The position numbers were made by a program, and so were the translations under genes. 64,000 bases of DNA from Eledone cirrhosa (taxonomy: Eukaryota), in NCBI GenBank assembly GCA_964016885.1, contig OZ024744.1:54808001-54872000 (forward strand). Reading direction: 5' to 3'. The notes under the pieces were generated by a model. That model saw only the letters and a list, made by a program, of their open reading frames with translations, searched no databases and was not told the DNA's origin. Below, in pieces: positions 25,213 to 38,816 of the stretch. Position 1 is the first letter of the stretch, and every line of letters starts with the position of its first letter.

Positions 25213-26452
25213 TGTCCTAAGCCCCGCCTGACTGCGCTGGAGCGTTTGCTCTTTCGCTTTTTGTGGAAGAGACGGGCTCCGATGGTCAGGCGGTCCATCT
25301 GTTGTCAACACCCGCTACGTGGAGGGCTGGGCATGTCGTGGCTGATGATGCGCAGACACGCGCTCAGGCTACGACATCTCCACCTCTTCCTCGACGGTGA
25401 TCAGGTGTGGTCGCCGTTTGCTAGACACGTCTTTCCCCAGCTCGTTTCCTTGACGGAGCTGCAGTTTTGGATCAAGCGAAGACCGAGAGGGAGCGCTTGG
25501 AGACTGGAATGTCTTCAGGCGCTCACAGCCCTCGACCAATCGGGCAATGTGATCGGTGGAAACTCCACCTCGGCGTTCTATAGAGGATTAGTGGAGGGGA
25601 AGAGCGACGACGTACTTGGAGAAACTCTAGGCGTCGACGAAAATCAACTAGCCAATCTCTTCGGAAGAACTTTCGGGCCGGGGCCTATGGACAACTTCCA
25701 GAAATCCCTGGCCTGGCAGTGCTACCGAGGAGCCTTGCCAGTTCGGGATAAACTCTACAGGCATGGAGGTGCCGTCAGCCGGGCATGTCCGAGATGCGCG
25801 CAGGGTGACGAAACCGTCCTGCACGCACTCGTCCAGTGTCCGAGAATTGCTGACTTGTGGGTTCATGTCGAACACCTGCTGTCGCGTGTAGGACGGATCC
25901 GGCTATCAGTTGAGTCTATCGTGAAGATTGCCCAGCCCTCTTCCTTTAGCCGGGAAGGGCAGGCAGTTTTTATCTGTCTGGTGGCCATGGCGAAAGAGAT
26001 AGTATGGTGGACACGTTTGAAAGGGCTGAAGACGAGCACTTACCTCTTCGGTGATGCCCTGATTGACTTCTTCAAATTTCATTTGAAAAGGAAAATCAGA
26101 GTAAAGAGGGAAGTGCTCTCTTCCCAGCATTTTGTTGAAAGATGGGTGAAAGAAGCAAGAATGGCCCGAGTGTATGGGCTTACTCTGAGTATGTGACTGT
26201 AGATTAAAGGTGGAAAACTGGGAGAGGGCACTTGCCTTGGTGGTCAGGGTCACTGTGGCCTTTTAATGAGCTTTATCCACAAATGCCCCTCCGAAGTCTC
26301 CCCCCTATTGGGGAATTTTTCATTGTTATTTTTTTTGTCACATCCTCTGTTTTTGTTTTTTACACGCAGAAATGCCCATTTGTACCGTCCTGTATTGTCC
26401 TGCACTGTCCTTAATGTCTACTTTATGTAAACCCTTGTGGTTATTAAAGAAA

Positions 26453-26455
<3 letters not shown>
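25213..26455 (+). mobile_element. Tx1/L1-clade LINE copy C (5'-truncated) between (ATT)n tracts
   Basis: ORF 25246-26196 with GGLG, WQCYRGALPVRDKL and CPRCAQGDETVLHALVQC. The 3' UTR is followed by (att)n. A short extra 3'-UTR fragment lies at 25103-25190. Confidence 0.92.
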
Positions 26456-26502
<47 letters not shown>

Positions 26503-26504
<2 letters not shown>

Positions 26505-29500
26505 ATGCTATGGTTGACGGAGGCTCGGCTCTGTAAGGTATTGTAAATTTTGACCGCTATAACAATTGTAAATTGTTTAAAACTTTAACCAAATTGTAGA
26601 TAAAAACACCCTCCTCCTCCTGAGAGGGGTCTTTCTGCCCGTTATTTGGCCCTTCGGGGTTAAATAACCACTTATTGGGGTTTTGTGCCCAATATTTATT
26701 TTAAACAAAAAAAAAAACATGGCTACGAAAAAGAATTTTCATAGGTCACTCCCACTCATTCCGTCTTCTTCTTCCTCAATCGTCACTACAGCAGAGAGAA
26801 GATTGTCTCTCTCCCTCCCTTCTCTTTCGCAAGCGACGCCAGAAAAGAAAAATCACGTGCAAAGCGTGCAAAATTTCTCCACGACGACGACGACGACGAC
26901 AACGACGAAAAAGGTGTGCGGTAAATACGAAAACCCATTTCATTCGTCTGACGTCATGAATAATAGCAGTAACAGCCGTAATAACAGCAGCAGCAGCAAC
27001 AGTGACAAGGAAAACAACAGTAGCAGCCGCAACAGCATCAGCAGCAGCATAAACAACAACAGCATTAGCAGCAACAGCAACAACAACAGCAGCAGCAGCA
27101 ACAACAACAACAACCACAGCAACAACGGCGGCGGCAGTAGTCGTAATACCTGCAGCAACAACAAAAGTAACAGCAGCTCTGACGACAACAACAACAACAG
27201 CAGCAAAGAAAAACCAATCTCGTTTGCAGGTATCGCAAAGAACCTGGAAACCATCCTCATAACAAATTAGGAATTACAGGAAGCGAAGAAGATGGTGACG
27301 AAAACCGGACACCGAGCAATCTGCAAGGCAGCCGAAAATTTTTTCGAAACCCAACAGCACTGTACGGTCACGTACCGTACAGTAAGCACAAAATCCCGTA
27401 GGGTTGAAAGAGCCACAGAGACTCAAATACAAAAAGCCTTAGGGTCTGTGTGGCAGCAGAAAACGCATATCACCCGAGGCAAGAAATATGCCACCGTAGA
27501 CGTGCTTTTTGCCACACCCCAGGAGGCAAAGGCTCAATCCTTAGTGACCCTAAAGAGCGAGGAAATGGTGTTGGTGCCCTCCTACTGCGGGCAAAAAATT
27601 GTGAGGGTCAACCTGACCCACGCCCCCCCCCCCCCGGGATGGCCCCTTCTTGGCTGGCCGCGTCTGTCCTCGTCGGAATCGAGGACAAAACAACCGTACT
27701 GCAAGTACAGAAAAAAGTAAGAGAAGATTGGGTCGGCACCTCCATTGAGATGTTAATCCAAACCAACCAGGAGTGCATCGAAGCCATCCCGGATGTGATA
27801 GACTTCGATAACGGCACTCAACTGCCCATAAGTGTTGAGGGCAAACGCCCGAAATGCTTTCGCTGTGGATCGAAGACTCACCTCAGGGCCTTCTGCAACG
27901 AGAAGACCCTGAGAAAGGAGAAAACCCCCCTCCTTCCGAAACCGGCTCCACGGCTACCAGCAACAGGACAAGCGGCAACCAGGAACGATAGGTCCGTGGC
28001 ACCCATACCCACGCCACGGAAATCAAGAACAGCAGCAGCAGTGGAAGTATTAACAACAACAACAGTAATACCAAATGCAGCTGCAACAGAGACTCCACTG
28101 CAAACATCACCAACAACAACAAGTGAAAGAGTGGAGCTGGTACCCCTCCCCGACCTCACAGAATCAGACATGGAGTGTGAGGTGGGAGAGGGATGGCAAA
28201 AGATCGTAAGAAGGCACAAACGCAGAAGCAGCGCATCGTCGCCTTCGAAAATGGAGGAAAGAAATGAAAAAAGGGTAAAGGCTACTGCAAAGAGACTCAC
28301 AGCAGCAACACCACCAACATCATCACCACCCACACTAGCACCACCATCACCACCGGCGACAACCCCACCGCCAACCAACAACAACAACATCTTCAACACC
28401 AACACGACAAGCACCAACATCGCAAACACAACAACAAAACACACACACCCAGCAACAACGACAAGAAAATAGCAGAACCACGCCCCACCCCCAGAAAAAC
28501 AAATGCACGGCAATAAATACACACAACAAGAAACTAATGACTTACATAATTGAACACACAGACATTTCACAGCACGACTACATAATACTAGCACCAATCA
28601 AAACGCCAACGAACATAAGACTGGTAAAAATAGCACAGAAACAATACACAAACATTAAAACGAAATTCCCCAACGCAGTTGGTGATTTCACGGACCTAGG
28701 AGGGACTCTCAACCGGAGAGTATATTCGGACATACTCATAGAAGAGCCGACGACCAGCCGAAGGGGCGATTCAACGGTCCCTTCACCAGACGATCAAGTG
28801 AAAAGGGATGGAGAAACCATCCTTCCTCTACGAAAAGTACGGTAAGTGGTCTTTCCCATCTTTTCCACTCCATTTTAAACATGACCTCACTCAGAATAGG
28901 CAGCATAAATGCGCGTGGCTTGGGGGTCGTCATGGAAGCAGGGTCACCTGCTCAACGACCTCAGGTCACTAAACATAGATGTAGTGGCCTTCAGCGAGAC
29001 CAGAATCTCCGAAGCACGGGCCTTCGCACCGATCTTCAGCGGCTACGATGTGTACGCATCTCCCAGCCGTCCTGGATCGGGGGGGGGGAGGAGTTGCTGT
29101 GCTTTTTCGGATAGGTTTGGATCTTGCTATACGGGCCATCTTCCTGGACCCAGAGGGTAAGTTGGTGGTGCTGGACGTGACCAGCGGAGACGGGCAAGCT
29201 TTCAGGCTAGTGGCCGTCTATGCCCCGACAGGAGCAGGGCGGCCTGATTTCTTCCGGCGTCTGGAGACCTTTCTTGGAACGTCCCGCTCTTTAGTGTTAG
29301 TGGGCGACTGGAACGGGATCTTAGATGCACGATGGGACTGTGTGGGATTAGCGGATAAGGGTGGAAGTTGCAAGAGCCTCACCAACCTGCTCAGGCGTTT
29401 TGAACTGTCTGACAGGTACCGATTGGATTTCCCGAATGTGCCAATGTGGACTTGGACAAATCGCATAGGGTCATCCAGATCATATCTAGATAGAGTATTT

Positions 29501-31005
29501 TGTAGGGAAATAGATAGGTCTAGCATAGGCTGTCCACAATTCAAGATAGTCAGCTACACGGACCACAAATTCGTGATCTGTGTGCTTGACTTAGATAGGC
29601 TTCATAGACGAGGACCCGGCTACTGGAAGCTAAACGCGTCTTTACCAGCGCGCAAGGCCTACAGAGACCGGATTAGCGAACTAGTTAAGCGGGCGTTGAC
29701 GGGAGCCATCGTCAACAACACGTGGTGGTTTGCTCTGAAAAGAGCGATTAGAATAGAATCCATTAGGTTTAGTAAGGCTTTAGCAATAGAGAAAAATAGA
29801 GCAGAGGGAGAACTAGTTAGAAAATTAGACGAGGCGCTTAGCAAAGGCATCGCGACCGACGTGCTTGCGGCGAAATTGGCCCTTGACCAATTCTTCAATG
29901 CAAAGCACGAAGGCTGCGTTGTTAGAGCTAGGGTGCGTGCTCTCGGACACGATGGGACGAAAGCCGTTCAATGGGCCCGAGTGGCAGAGGCGCGTCGTGG
30001 CAACAAAGCCACGATCCGGTCTTTGGTGGACCACGACGGGCGCATGCTACTCGATCCCGGGCAAATGTGTGAAGCTTTTCAGCGACACTTCGCGCAGCTG
30101 TTCGGGGGCAGCGGTGGGCCGGGTCGAGGGATGGACTTTAGTGTCTACCTCGACGGACTGCCGCGGCTCTCGGCCACGGAGGCGGAGTGTTGCGAAAAGC
30201 CGATAACAGCCGCTGAAGTACGGGAGGCAATGACTAGCTGTACAAGGGGTAAATCGCCTGGTTTAGATGGTCTGCCCTATGAACTTTACGTACAGATGCC
30301 AGACTTGTTCGGAGGCCTCTTAGCGGACGTCTACTGCAACTGGCAACAGAACGGGAAAATTCCCAGCTCTGTGAGCCGAGTAGCGGTGGCACTGCTGAGA
30401 AAGGATCCGAACAAGGGGGATAACATAGATAATTTCAGGCCCATAACTCTGCTAAACACAGAGTTCAAGATTTGGGCCAAGGTGCTAGCAAAGAAGTTGG
30501 CGCTTGTCGTTGGAGGTCTGGTGGGAGAGGCGCAGACATGAGCCATTCCCGACAGATCCATCCACGACAACATCCACCTCATACGATACATCGTAGAGAG
30601 GGCAGCTAGGAAACCTGGCACGAGTGGGTCCTTGATCAATTTAGATCAGTCGAAAGCTTTCGATAGGGTCGACCATCGTTACCTAGCGGCAGTCCTGAGG
30701 GCGGCTGGCTTTGGGCCCGTCTTCAGAGGCTGGATCGTTGCCATGCACAGCGACATCTGCTCTGTGCTGAGAGTGAACGGTCACCTTTCGGAACCGTTCA
30801 ACATCATGCGCTCGGTCCGCCAAGGATGTCCCCTCTCGTCCCTCTTGTACGTATTGACTCTCGAGCCATTACTGCACAAACTGGAGACGTTGAGGGGCGT
30901 CCCGCGCGAACTAGGATGCGGAAGATCCGTGTCAGCATATGCGGACGATGTCACCGTAGTGGTGTCGAACGCCAAACACATCGAGGCGATCGGCACTACA
31001 CTAAA
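26503..31005 (+). mobile_element. Tx1/L1-clade LINE copy D: 5' UTR, ORF1 (CCHC knuckle) and ORF2 EN + RT, 3'-truncated
   Basis: ORF1 26699-28845 is fragmented and contains CFRCGSKTHLRAFC. ORF2 starts at 28881 (IGSINARGL, VGDWNG, YLDRVF, YTDHK, AYADDV) and breaks at ~31005. Confidence 0.93.
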
Positions 31006-31133
31006 AAAAATTACAAAAATACCCCGACAAGATTGACAATATTTATATGGCAGATGTCACATTACCTACAGAGTTTACCAAAGACCAGACACTAAACAAC
31101 TATGGTAACACTACAACCAACAAAGAATAACAA
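31006..31133 (+). repeat. 128-bp duplicate of PLE 5' sequence (copy of 35115-35242)
   Basis: Near-identical (about 2 mismatches) at offset 4109. Confidence 0.92.
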
Positions 31134-34100
31134 ACGAAATAGCTGTACTTCTTCACGGTTATCAGCACAACCCTCGAGACATTGTTCTACGGCGACGAGA
31201 CAACACCCTCCAACGTATAAGCGAAACGCCCAGGTCTTATGACGCTCTTCAATATCCACTGCTGCTTGTGAAAGGAGGGGACCGCTACCGATTTGGTATT
31301 CCTCAGGATAATCCCGAACATCCTGGGCGTTCAACCAATAAAACTGTTTCCTGCATGAGTTTCTACTCTTACCACTTCATGGTACACCGCAACTTATTCA
31401 ACCACTTGCACCAATCAAGAGACCTCTTTCAGCAATTCACCGTCGACATGTGTGCAAAAATGGAATCGGAAAGGTTGTGCGTCATCCGGTCACACCAGAG
31501 GTAATTGCAGTCTGAGAGCTACATCCACCTCCGAGATGTCCTCACCAATGATGCAGCGCCAGCCAGCGTAGGAAAACTGTGCATCCTTCCATCCACTTTC
31601 ACCGGAAGTCCGCGCTACATGCACGAGAGGACGCAAGATGCCATGACTTACGTTCGGCATTACGGCAGCCCGACCTGTTCATCACTTTCACTTGCAATCC
31701 TAAGTGGAAGGAGATTGCTGCAGAACTGTTCCAAGGGCAACAGGCCAAAGACAGGCATGACCTCCTGGCCAGAGTCTTTCGGCTGAAGCTTATCAACCTG
31801 ATGGAGTTCATCAAGAGAGGACAAGTCTTCGGACTAGTTATATGCGACATGTACACCGTCGACTAGCAGAAGAGGGGCCTACCACATGCCCATATCCTCA
31901 TCTGGCTGTCCGCAAGAATATCTCCAAACGGCATTGACAAGGTCATCTCCGCTGAGCGGACAAAGACCTCTACGAAATAGTGAAGGCAAACATGGTCCAT
32001 GGTCCATGTGGGCGTGGTTTCAATTTGAGCTCACCTTGCCTGAACAACAATGTCTGCAGCAAAAGGTTTTCCCGAAAGTTCCTTAAAGAAACCCAGACTG
32101 GCGTGGACGGGTACCTATTGTACAGACGACGGCAACCCAGAGACGGTGGTTTCACAGCGACAGTTGGACAGCACGAGTTCGACAACCGATGGATAGTGCA
32201 CTACTGCCCACTTCTTTCGAAGACCTTCGGTGCCCACATCAACGTGGAATTCTGTAGCTCCGTCAAGTCCATCAAGTACATCTGCAACTACGTGAATAAG
32301 GGTTCAGACGCTGCTATGTTCGGTCTACAGCCGTGATGAGGTCTCACAATACCAAGTTGGCTGTTACATCAGTAGCAACGAGGCTTTCTGGCGGATTTTT
32401 GGCTTCCCAATACACCAAAGGCACTCTGCTATTGTACAGCTTGCGGTTCACCTTCAGAATGGTCAAAGGGTCTACTTCACCGACGCTAATGCTGCGCAAA
32501 TGGTGGAGGATCCACGAGAAACAACCCTCACTGGATTTTTGAAACTGTGTCGGACCGACTCTTTTTCACAGACTCTGCTTTACTCCCAGGTGCCGTCCTA
32601 CTACACATGGAATAAGCAACAATGGGTCAGAAAGGCAGGTCAACCTGTTGAAGGACATCCCGGCATAAAGTTTGACAGTTGCCTTGGGAGGGTTTACACT
32701 GTGCACCCGAACCAGCTCGAGTACGTCTACCTTCGCCTTCTGCTGCATGAGGTAAAAGGACCCCAATCTTTTCACGACCTCCGAACTTTTGACAGCTGCG
32801 TGTGCAGCACTTACCGGGAAGCTTGCTTCAAGCGTGGCCTGCTGGAAGACGTTGCGCAGTGGGAAGCGACTTTGTTCAAAGCCGTTGCATCTCAATCGTC
32901 TATGCGTTTACGAGCTCTATTTGCAGTAATGCTGCAAACTTGCGAACTAAGCAATCCTATGTCTTTGTGGCTGCAGTTCAAAGAAGACTTATCCGAGGAC
33001 TACAAACGCCGGGCACAACTGCAATACCCTCAAATGGAACGAACCAGCGATGGGGTCTTTAATTGTGCTTTGATTGACATTGAGGACAGAGTTGCATCAC
33101 TCGGTGGAAATTATTTGCCGTCATATGGTCTTCCCCAAGCGCTCCGTACCGGGTCAAACGTACTTCCTACAGCTCTTCTTCGGGAAACATCCTACGACGT
33201 CGATGACCTTGCCAAGTGCATCCGTGAAACTGAACCACAACTTCTTCCGGATCAACGTCGTGTTTACACCATTGTTGCTGACCATGTGCGCCAAAGAAAA
33301 GGAGGTATGTTCTTTCTGGATGCTCCTGGAGGGACGGGCAAAACATTTTTAACAAGGCTTCTCCTTGCAAAAGTCAGGATGCACAATGATATTGCGGTTT
33401 CTGTGGCCTCTTCGGGGATTGCTGCAACTTTGCTGCCCAATGGCAGGACTGTACACTACACTTTTAAATTGCTCCTCAAGTTAGAAACACCCACTTGCAG
33501 CATCAGCAGGAATTCCGACCAGGGCCAAGTCCTGAAACGGTGTCAACTCATTGTCTGGAATGAGTGCACCATGGCGCACAAAGGAGCTCTTGACGCATTG
33601 AACACAACCCTCCAGGATATCAGAGGCTGCCAGGATCCGATGGGAGGTGTTACGCTACTGATTTCGGGCGACTTCAGGCAGACCCTCCTTATAATTCCCA
33701 ATGGTACACGAGCTGATGAGGTCCAAGCATGTCTGAAGTCATCTCCCCTATGGCGCCATGTCAGGAAACTGACTCTTACAACCAACATGAGGGCTCAATT
33801 GTACGGAGACCAAACGTCCGCCACTTTGCACGGGACATTCTGAAGCTTGGCGACGGCAACATGCCTCTTGATGCTGAAGGCGAACTAGAAGTGTGGCCAT
33901 TTGTGACTTCTGTTAATTCTGTGGCAGAGCTCAAAGACAAAGTGTTTCCGGATTTGCAACACCATTTCCGGGACCACGCATGGTTGTGTGAAAGAGCAGT
34001 GCTTGTTCCAAAAAACGCCACTGTTAACAATTTTAACAACCTACTACTGGATTCCCTTCCTGGTGCTCTTCGCAATTACAAGTCTGTTGACATGATGCGC

Positions 34101-34620
34101 GGTCCAAATGAAGTGGTGAACTTTCCACCAGAATTCCTAAACTCTTTACAGCCTCCGGGACTTCCGCCCCTCATGCTACGCCTTAAAGTACGGACTCCTG
34201 TTATGTTGCTGGGGAATTTGGAGCCACCGAAGCTGTGCAACGGAACACGCCTGGTTGTCAAGAAAATGATGGACCATGTTATCGAGGCAACAATCCTCTC
34301 TGGATGCGGAAAAGGCGATGATGTCTTTATTCCGAGAATTCCTCTTACTCCTTCGGGAGTCGAAATTCCGTTTACCTTCAAGAGACTGCAATTCCCGCTT
34401 CGAGTCAGTTTTGCAATGTCCGTTAACAAGTCCCAGGGTCAGACTCTTTCTGTGGCCGGACTTCTACTGGAGGAGCCCTGTTTCTCCCGCAGACAATTGT
34501 ACGTTGGGTGCACTAGAGTTGGCAGCAGGGAGAGGCTTTTTGCACTTGCACGACGAGGGAAAACAAGGAACATTGTTTACAACGAGGTGTTATAAATGCA
34601 ACAGCGAGAAGGTAGGTTCA
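31133..34620 (+). mobile_element. Helitron 3' half: Rep (HUH) and PIF1-like helicase pseudogene
   Basis: NEIAVL..PRDI, PSTFTGSPRYM, PDLFITFTCNPKW, QKRGLPHAHIL (HUH), KSIKYICNYVNKG, FLDAPGGTGKTF, GDFRQTL and QFPLRVSFAMSVNKSQGQTL. Stop at 34595; multiple frameshifts. Confidence 0.95.
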
Positions 34621-34637
34621 TTATTGCCCTTTCTTAA

Positions 34638-34826
34638 GGGCGGTGAATTGGCAGTATCGGTAGAGGGTTGGACGCCATGCTTTCTAGCAAAGTTATGTCC
34701 CGTTACGGTCTGAGTTCAAATCCTGCCGAGGTTAACTTTGTCTTTCATCCTTACGGGGTCGATAAAATAAAGTACCAGTGGTGCACTGGGATAGTTGCTA
34801 GCCTTGTGCTAAAAGTAGAAACAATT
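34638..34826 (+). mobile_element. Full-length tRNA-derived SINE with 18-bp TSD
   Basis: A-box-like tggcagtatcggtag and B-box gagttcaaatcc. TSD attattg(c/t)cctttcttaa at 34620-34637 and 34824-34841. Confidence 0.92.
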
Positions 34827-35000
34827 ATTGTCCTTTCTTAAACCAATCTGGTCACAATTCGTACGGGCTACTAACTGAAATGTGTTTTTTCTACGGTTTA
34901 AGGTGAACCCTTCAGCTAAGAACCTTCCCCTTGACAATTGGTGCGGCAATGTAAGGTCGTTAAGCGGATCGTTGTGTTGTTTATTATATAATTTTATATA

Positions 35001-35064
<64 letters not shown>

Positions 35065-37170
35065 CAAAAAATTAAGATGGCTGAAGGACAAAAAACAACA
35101 ACAAAAGAAACAAGAAAAATTACAAAAATACCCCGACAAGATTGACAATATTTATATGGCAGATGTCACATTACCTACAGAGTTTACCAAAGACCAGACA
35201 CTAAACAACTATGGTAACACTACAACCAACGAAGAAGAACAACATATTCTACAACTGCCACCAAAGTTCACTATATATAACATGATAAACCCAGTACGAT
35301 GCTTGTTGGAAATTGAAAAGTCCTTCACTAAAATCCGTTGAAATACGAACACAAATAACAAAAATAACAACAACACAAACGGCAATAATTATTACAACGA
35401 AAGTGGTAACATAAACAACATGTGATAGAGAATACTTAAATAATTATGACCTTAGTAGTTTCTGCCCCAGAAGTTCAATAAGAGGTAGACCCCCAGCATA
35501 ACTTCGATGGCTCAAAAGACTCCCATAGGAAGGTGGAATGGGTGGACCAAAGCCATACGGACACTCGAGAACAACGGTCAGGTGAGAAAAATGATCGCAC
35601 ATGCAGTAGGGGCTAGTATTAAAACTACCTTAAAGAGCCACATTTTAAATCAAAAAATGTACACCCTAGGTGAAGGAACAGCCATTGGTATCAGCATAGC
35701 TGGCGATATTGTGGGGAAGGAGACTCAGAGAACTCCTAGAAGAGAACTCCATAGCCCTCGTCATGTACTCTCGTTATGTAGATGATATTAATATAGTTAT
35801 AACACCACCACCCCTCACACACACATACACACGCATAAGCAAGAGAGTACCAATAAATCCGAATTAGAAACTACCACCATGGGGAGCATCCAGCAGATAG
35901 CTAATTCCGTACACCAGAGCATCACAGTAACTATCGACTACCCTTCCAAACACCCTAACAATATACTACCATTAATAGACACTCAACTCTGGTTACATAT
36001 ACACGAGAAAACCCAAATTCTCCACTCACATTATGCTAAACCCATGGCCTCCAAATACCTTATACACTAAAACTCAGCGATGTCCAATAGTGCTAAGTTT
36101 AATATTCTGATCGCAGACTTGATAAGAATGATGAAGAACGTGTCCCGCATGTGCGATCCAACTGAACTGGAAAGGCACGTACAACATTTTATCTATTGCA
36201 TGCAGTCCTCTGGCTACAACCAAAGGGGCCACGGAGAAATACAAGACCCTCATAGAAAGGGACATGAAAGGAATTTGCCCATTGTACAGGAGCAAATCAT
36301 GGAATAGCACAGATAAACATAAGATAGGGAAAGCCACTTTATGGTACAACAACCAGAGATACCAGAGTGTCATGTTCGTGGATGCAACCCCTGGAAGTGA
36401 ATAAGTTATCCAACTTAGAAAGGCTCTAAGAAAGACCCGTTTAAAGATTAAAGTAGTAGAAAAGCCAGGAACTATCATAAAACCCACTTTACTAATAAGA
36501 AATGTGTTATATGTAGAATAAATCAACAAATAAATTGTAAAACTAGAAATGTAGTCTATAGCATAAGATGTACAGAGGGTACTTGCAGAAACATGACAAC
36601 AACATACATAGGTGAGACAACCCGGAACAAAGAGGAGAAAATAGACCAACACTGGGGTGAACAAAAAGGGCAAAAAGACGGTTCAATACTATATGAACAC
36701 GCCAGACTAAGACATGAGGGTAATATAGACAACATAGAAATTAAAATAATATCTAAACATAGAAATGACTCAACAGATAGACAAATTAGGAAAGCAACTG
36801 AAATAGAACTAAAAAACCGAAGTTCAACAGAAAAAAATGAATGAAATAACAATAACAGCCATACACAAACACACAATAGTGAGCTAAGATAAATATAAAT
36901 AAATATACACAGATATAATAACAACAACAACACATAAACACACACTAGTGAACAAAGATAGAACACAAGCATACTGAAACTCAGACACGAACACACGAAC
37001 ACACGCAAAACAGAAAACACGCAGACAAACGCATACACAAACAGAGACAACAATAAATAAATGAAAAATAAAAAATAGAATAAGTAAACATTACAATACA
37101 ACGGGAGGAAACATAATAGTATCACTGATGATTCCGCAGGTGTATGACGAAAGAACTCTGACAGTCTTTT
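35065..37170 (+). mobile_element. Degenerate, internally deleted PLE of the same family as 7961-11863
   Basis: ILQLPPKF, KTPIGRW, YSRYVDDI, HSHYAKPMASKY and TYIGETTR. Degenerate HHR CUGAUGA (37125-31)...GAAA (37149-52). Confidence 0.9.
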
Positions 37171-37421
37171 CTTTATATATATATATATATACAGAAATAT
37201 CCACGATTAGTTGTGGGGTCTAGTGTGTATGAAGAACTCAATGTAATCCATATGTTGAAAATGTTGTAGGTTAAAATAAATCCCGGAAAACAATAAAACA
37301 TCAAAAGGAAAACAGAGTCATGAATTTTTATTTCATTGTTTTAAAATATATATATATATATCTATATATATATAGTATAAAAAAACGAAAAATCAGTGAT
37401 GCATCTGGACTCAATTTATTG

Positions 37422-37512
37422 CGTGTTACAATTGTTTCGCCGCTAGGTAGCTCGAGACATGGTCCCTGTATGGATCTGGCTGATTCTACGGCTGCAGATT
37501 CCTTCAGTCACG
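37422..37512 (-). ncRNA. Variant hammerhead ribozyme (core insertion), pLTR copy 1
   Basis: cgtga-CUGA-AGGAAUCU-GCA-GCCG...CGGC-GAAA-CAAUUG-UA-acacg on the minus strand. Confidence 0.6.
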
Positions 37513-38739
37513 GGTACTTCGTTCGGAGCAAATTTTATCACTGGGGTGTTATCATAAAAAAAACACCTTCAGAAAACCTTTTCCACTCTTGTCATGCCAT
37601 TGGCTGTTGTTACTCCACGTCATCTTAAGTTCTGGTCACTATTTACTGCTACACGGGTCATCAGCCATTTTCCGCCCGACACACTTCAATGGAGTCATGC
37701 TGGGTTCGGTATCTCACACGTCTGTTCACACTCCAGAGTATGTACCCACACATACATATACACACATACATATACACTCACAGGCAGACACAGACACCTG
37801 CGTGCATACACATATGTACGCATACATGCGTAGACACACACACCCCCCCACACATATATATATATACACACGCACACATTCTCCCTCTCTTCCACAGACC
37901 CAATCATACCCACCTCTAGATACCAACCGCCACAAGCCTATTAGCGCCTGCTTAAGTCGCACCATATATCCGGCCCGACAGCACGACCCACGCAAACTTA
38001 CACATATACACACACATACGCGCGCGCACATACCTACGCACAACCTTATATACATATATATATACACATACACACACATATATACATACACATATATACA
38101 CACACATATATACATACACATGTATGTTTTCTATTTTTCTAGTGTTTCTTTATAATTGATAACCCCTCCCTCTTACTTTCTCTTTGATTTAATTTTTTTA
38201 TTCTCATACATTTTTTCATATTTTCATTTTTTCATATTTTCATTTTCATATTTTATATTTTTTATATATGTATCGACCTTCAGCCTAATACTGCTTTGAC
38301 TGATACACTCCCTTCCCTGTATGTATCACTTGCATGTATGTGGGTGCGTGTGTGTGTGTGTTTATACGCGTGCTTTCATACTTGTATGTGTATATATTTC
38401 AATCCTTAGTCCCTGAGTCTGTATGTACGTTAACTCTATTATCTTACAATTTCTTTTTTCAACATATATTATATACGTATTTGTGGTCACACAAACACTG
38501 ATATGCTTGCCCTCATGTATGTACTTACGCACACATGTTTTCACTATACACATGCATTTGTACATACACACATATGTACATTTGTGAGTGCATATACAGA
38601 AACATTTATACACATACCCTAACTATATTTCCTTATTTTATTTTTATATATCTCTTGCATTACTTTTATTTATATATTTTTTTTGCCCGTTAAACTTTTG
38701 CCTTTCTTGAGGAGATTTTTCAAATATTTCACTGTTTTA

Positions 38740-38816
38740 AATTGCCTTGTCTGACGAACGAATGAGGACGTTTCTTGTATTCGTCTTATTCGGAAACCTC
38801 TGGTAATGAGGTAATT
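38740..38816 (+). ncRNA. Type I hammerhead ribozyme
   Basis: 11-bp stem I aattgccttgt/atgaggtaatt (with GU pairs), CUGACGA at 38751-57, stem II cgaatgaggacg/cgtcttattcg, GAAA at 38793-96, CC-UCU-GG, UA at 38804-05. Confidence 0.85.

Noticed and set aside
28840-28881. GGTAAGT splice-donor-like motif before Tx1 ORF2 (also at 17958)
   Set aside because: It coincides with the ORF1 stop and inter-ORF spacer. No acceptor or spliced product can be supported from sequence alone.
34638-34826. tRNA genes at SINE heads (also 60171-60240)
   Set aside because: A/B boxes are present, but there is no complete cloverleaf and a conserved SINE body and tail follow.
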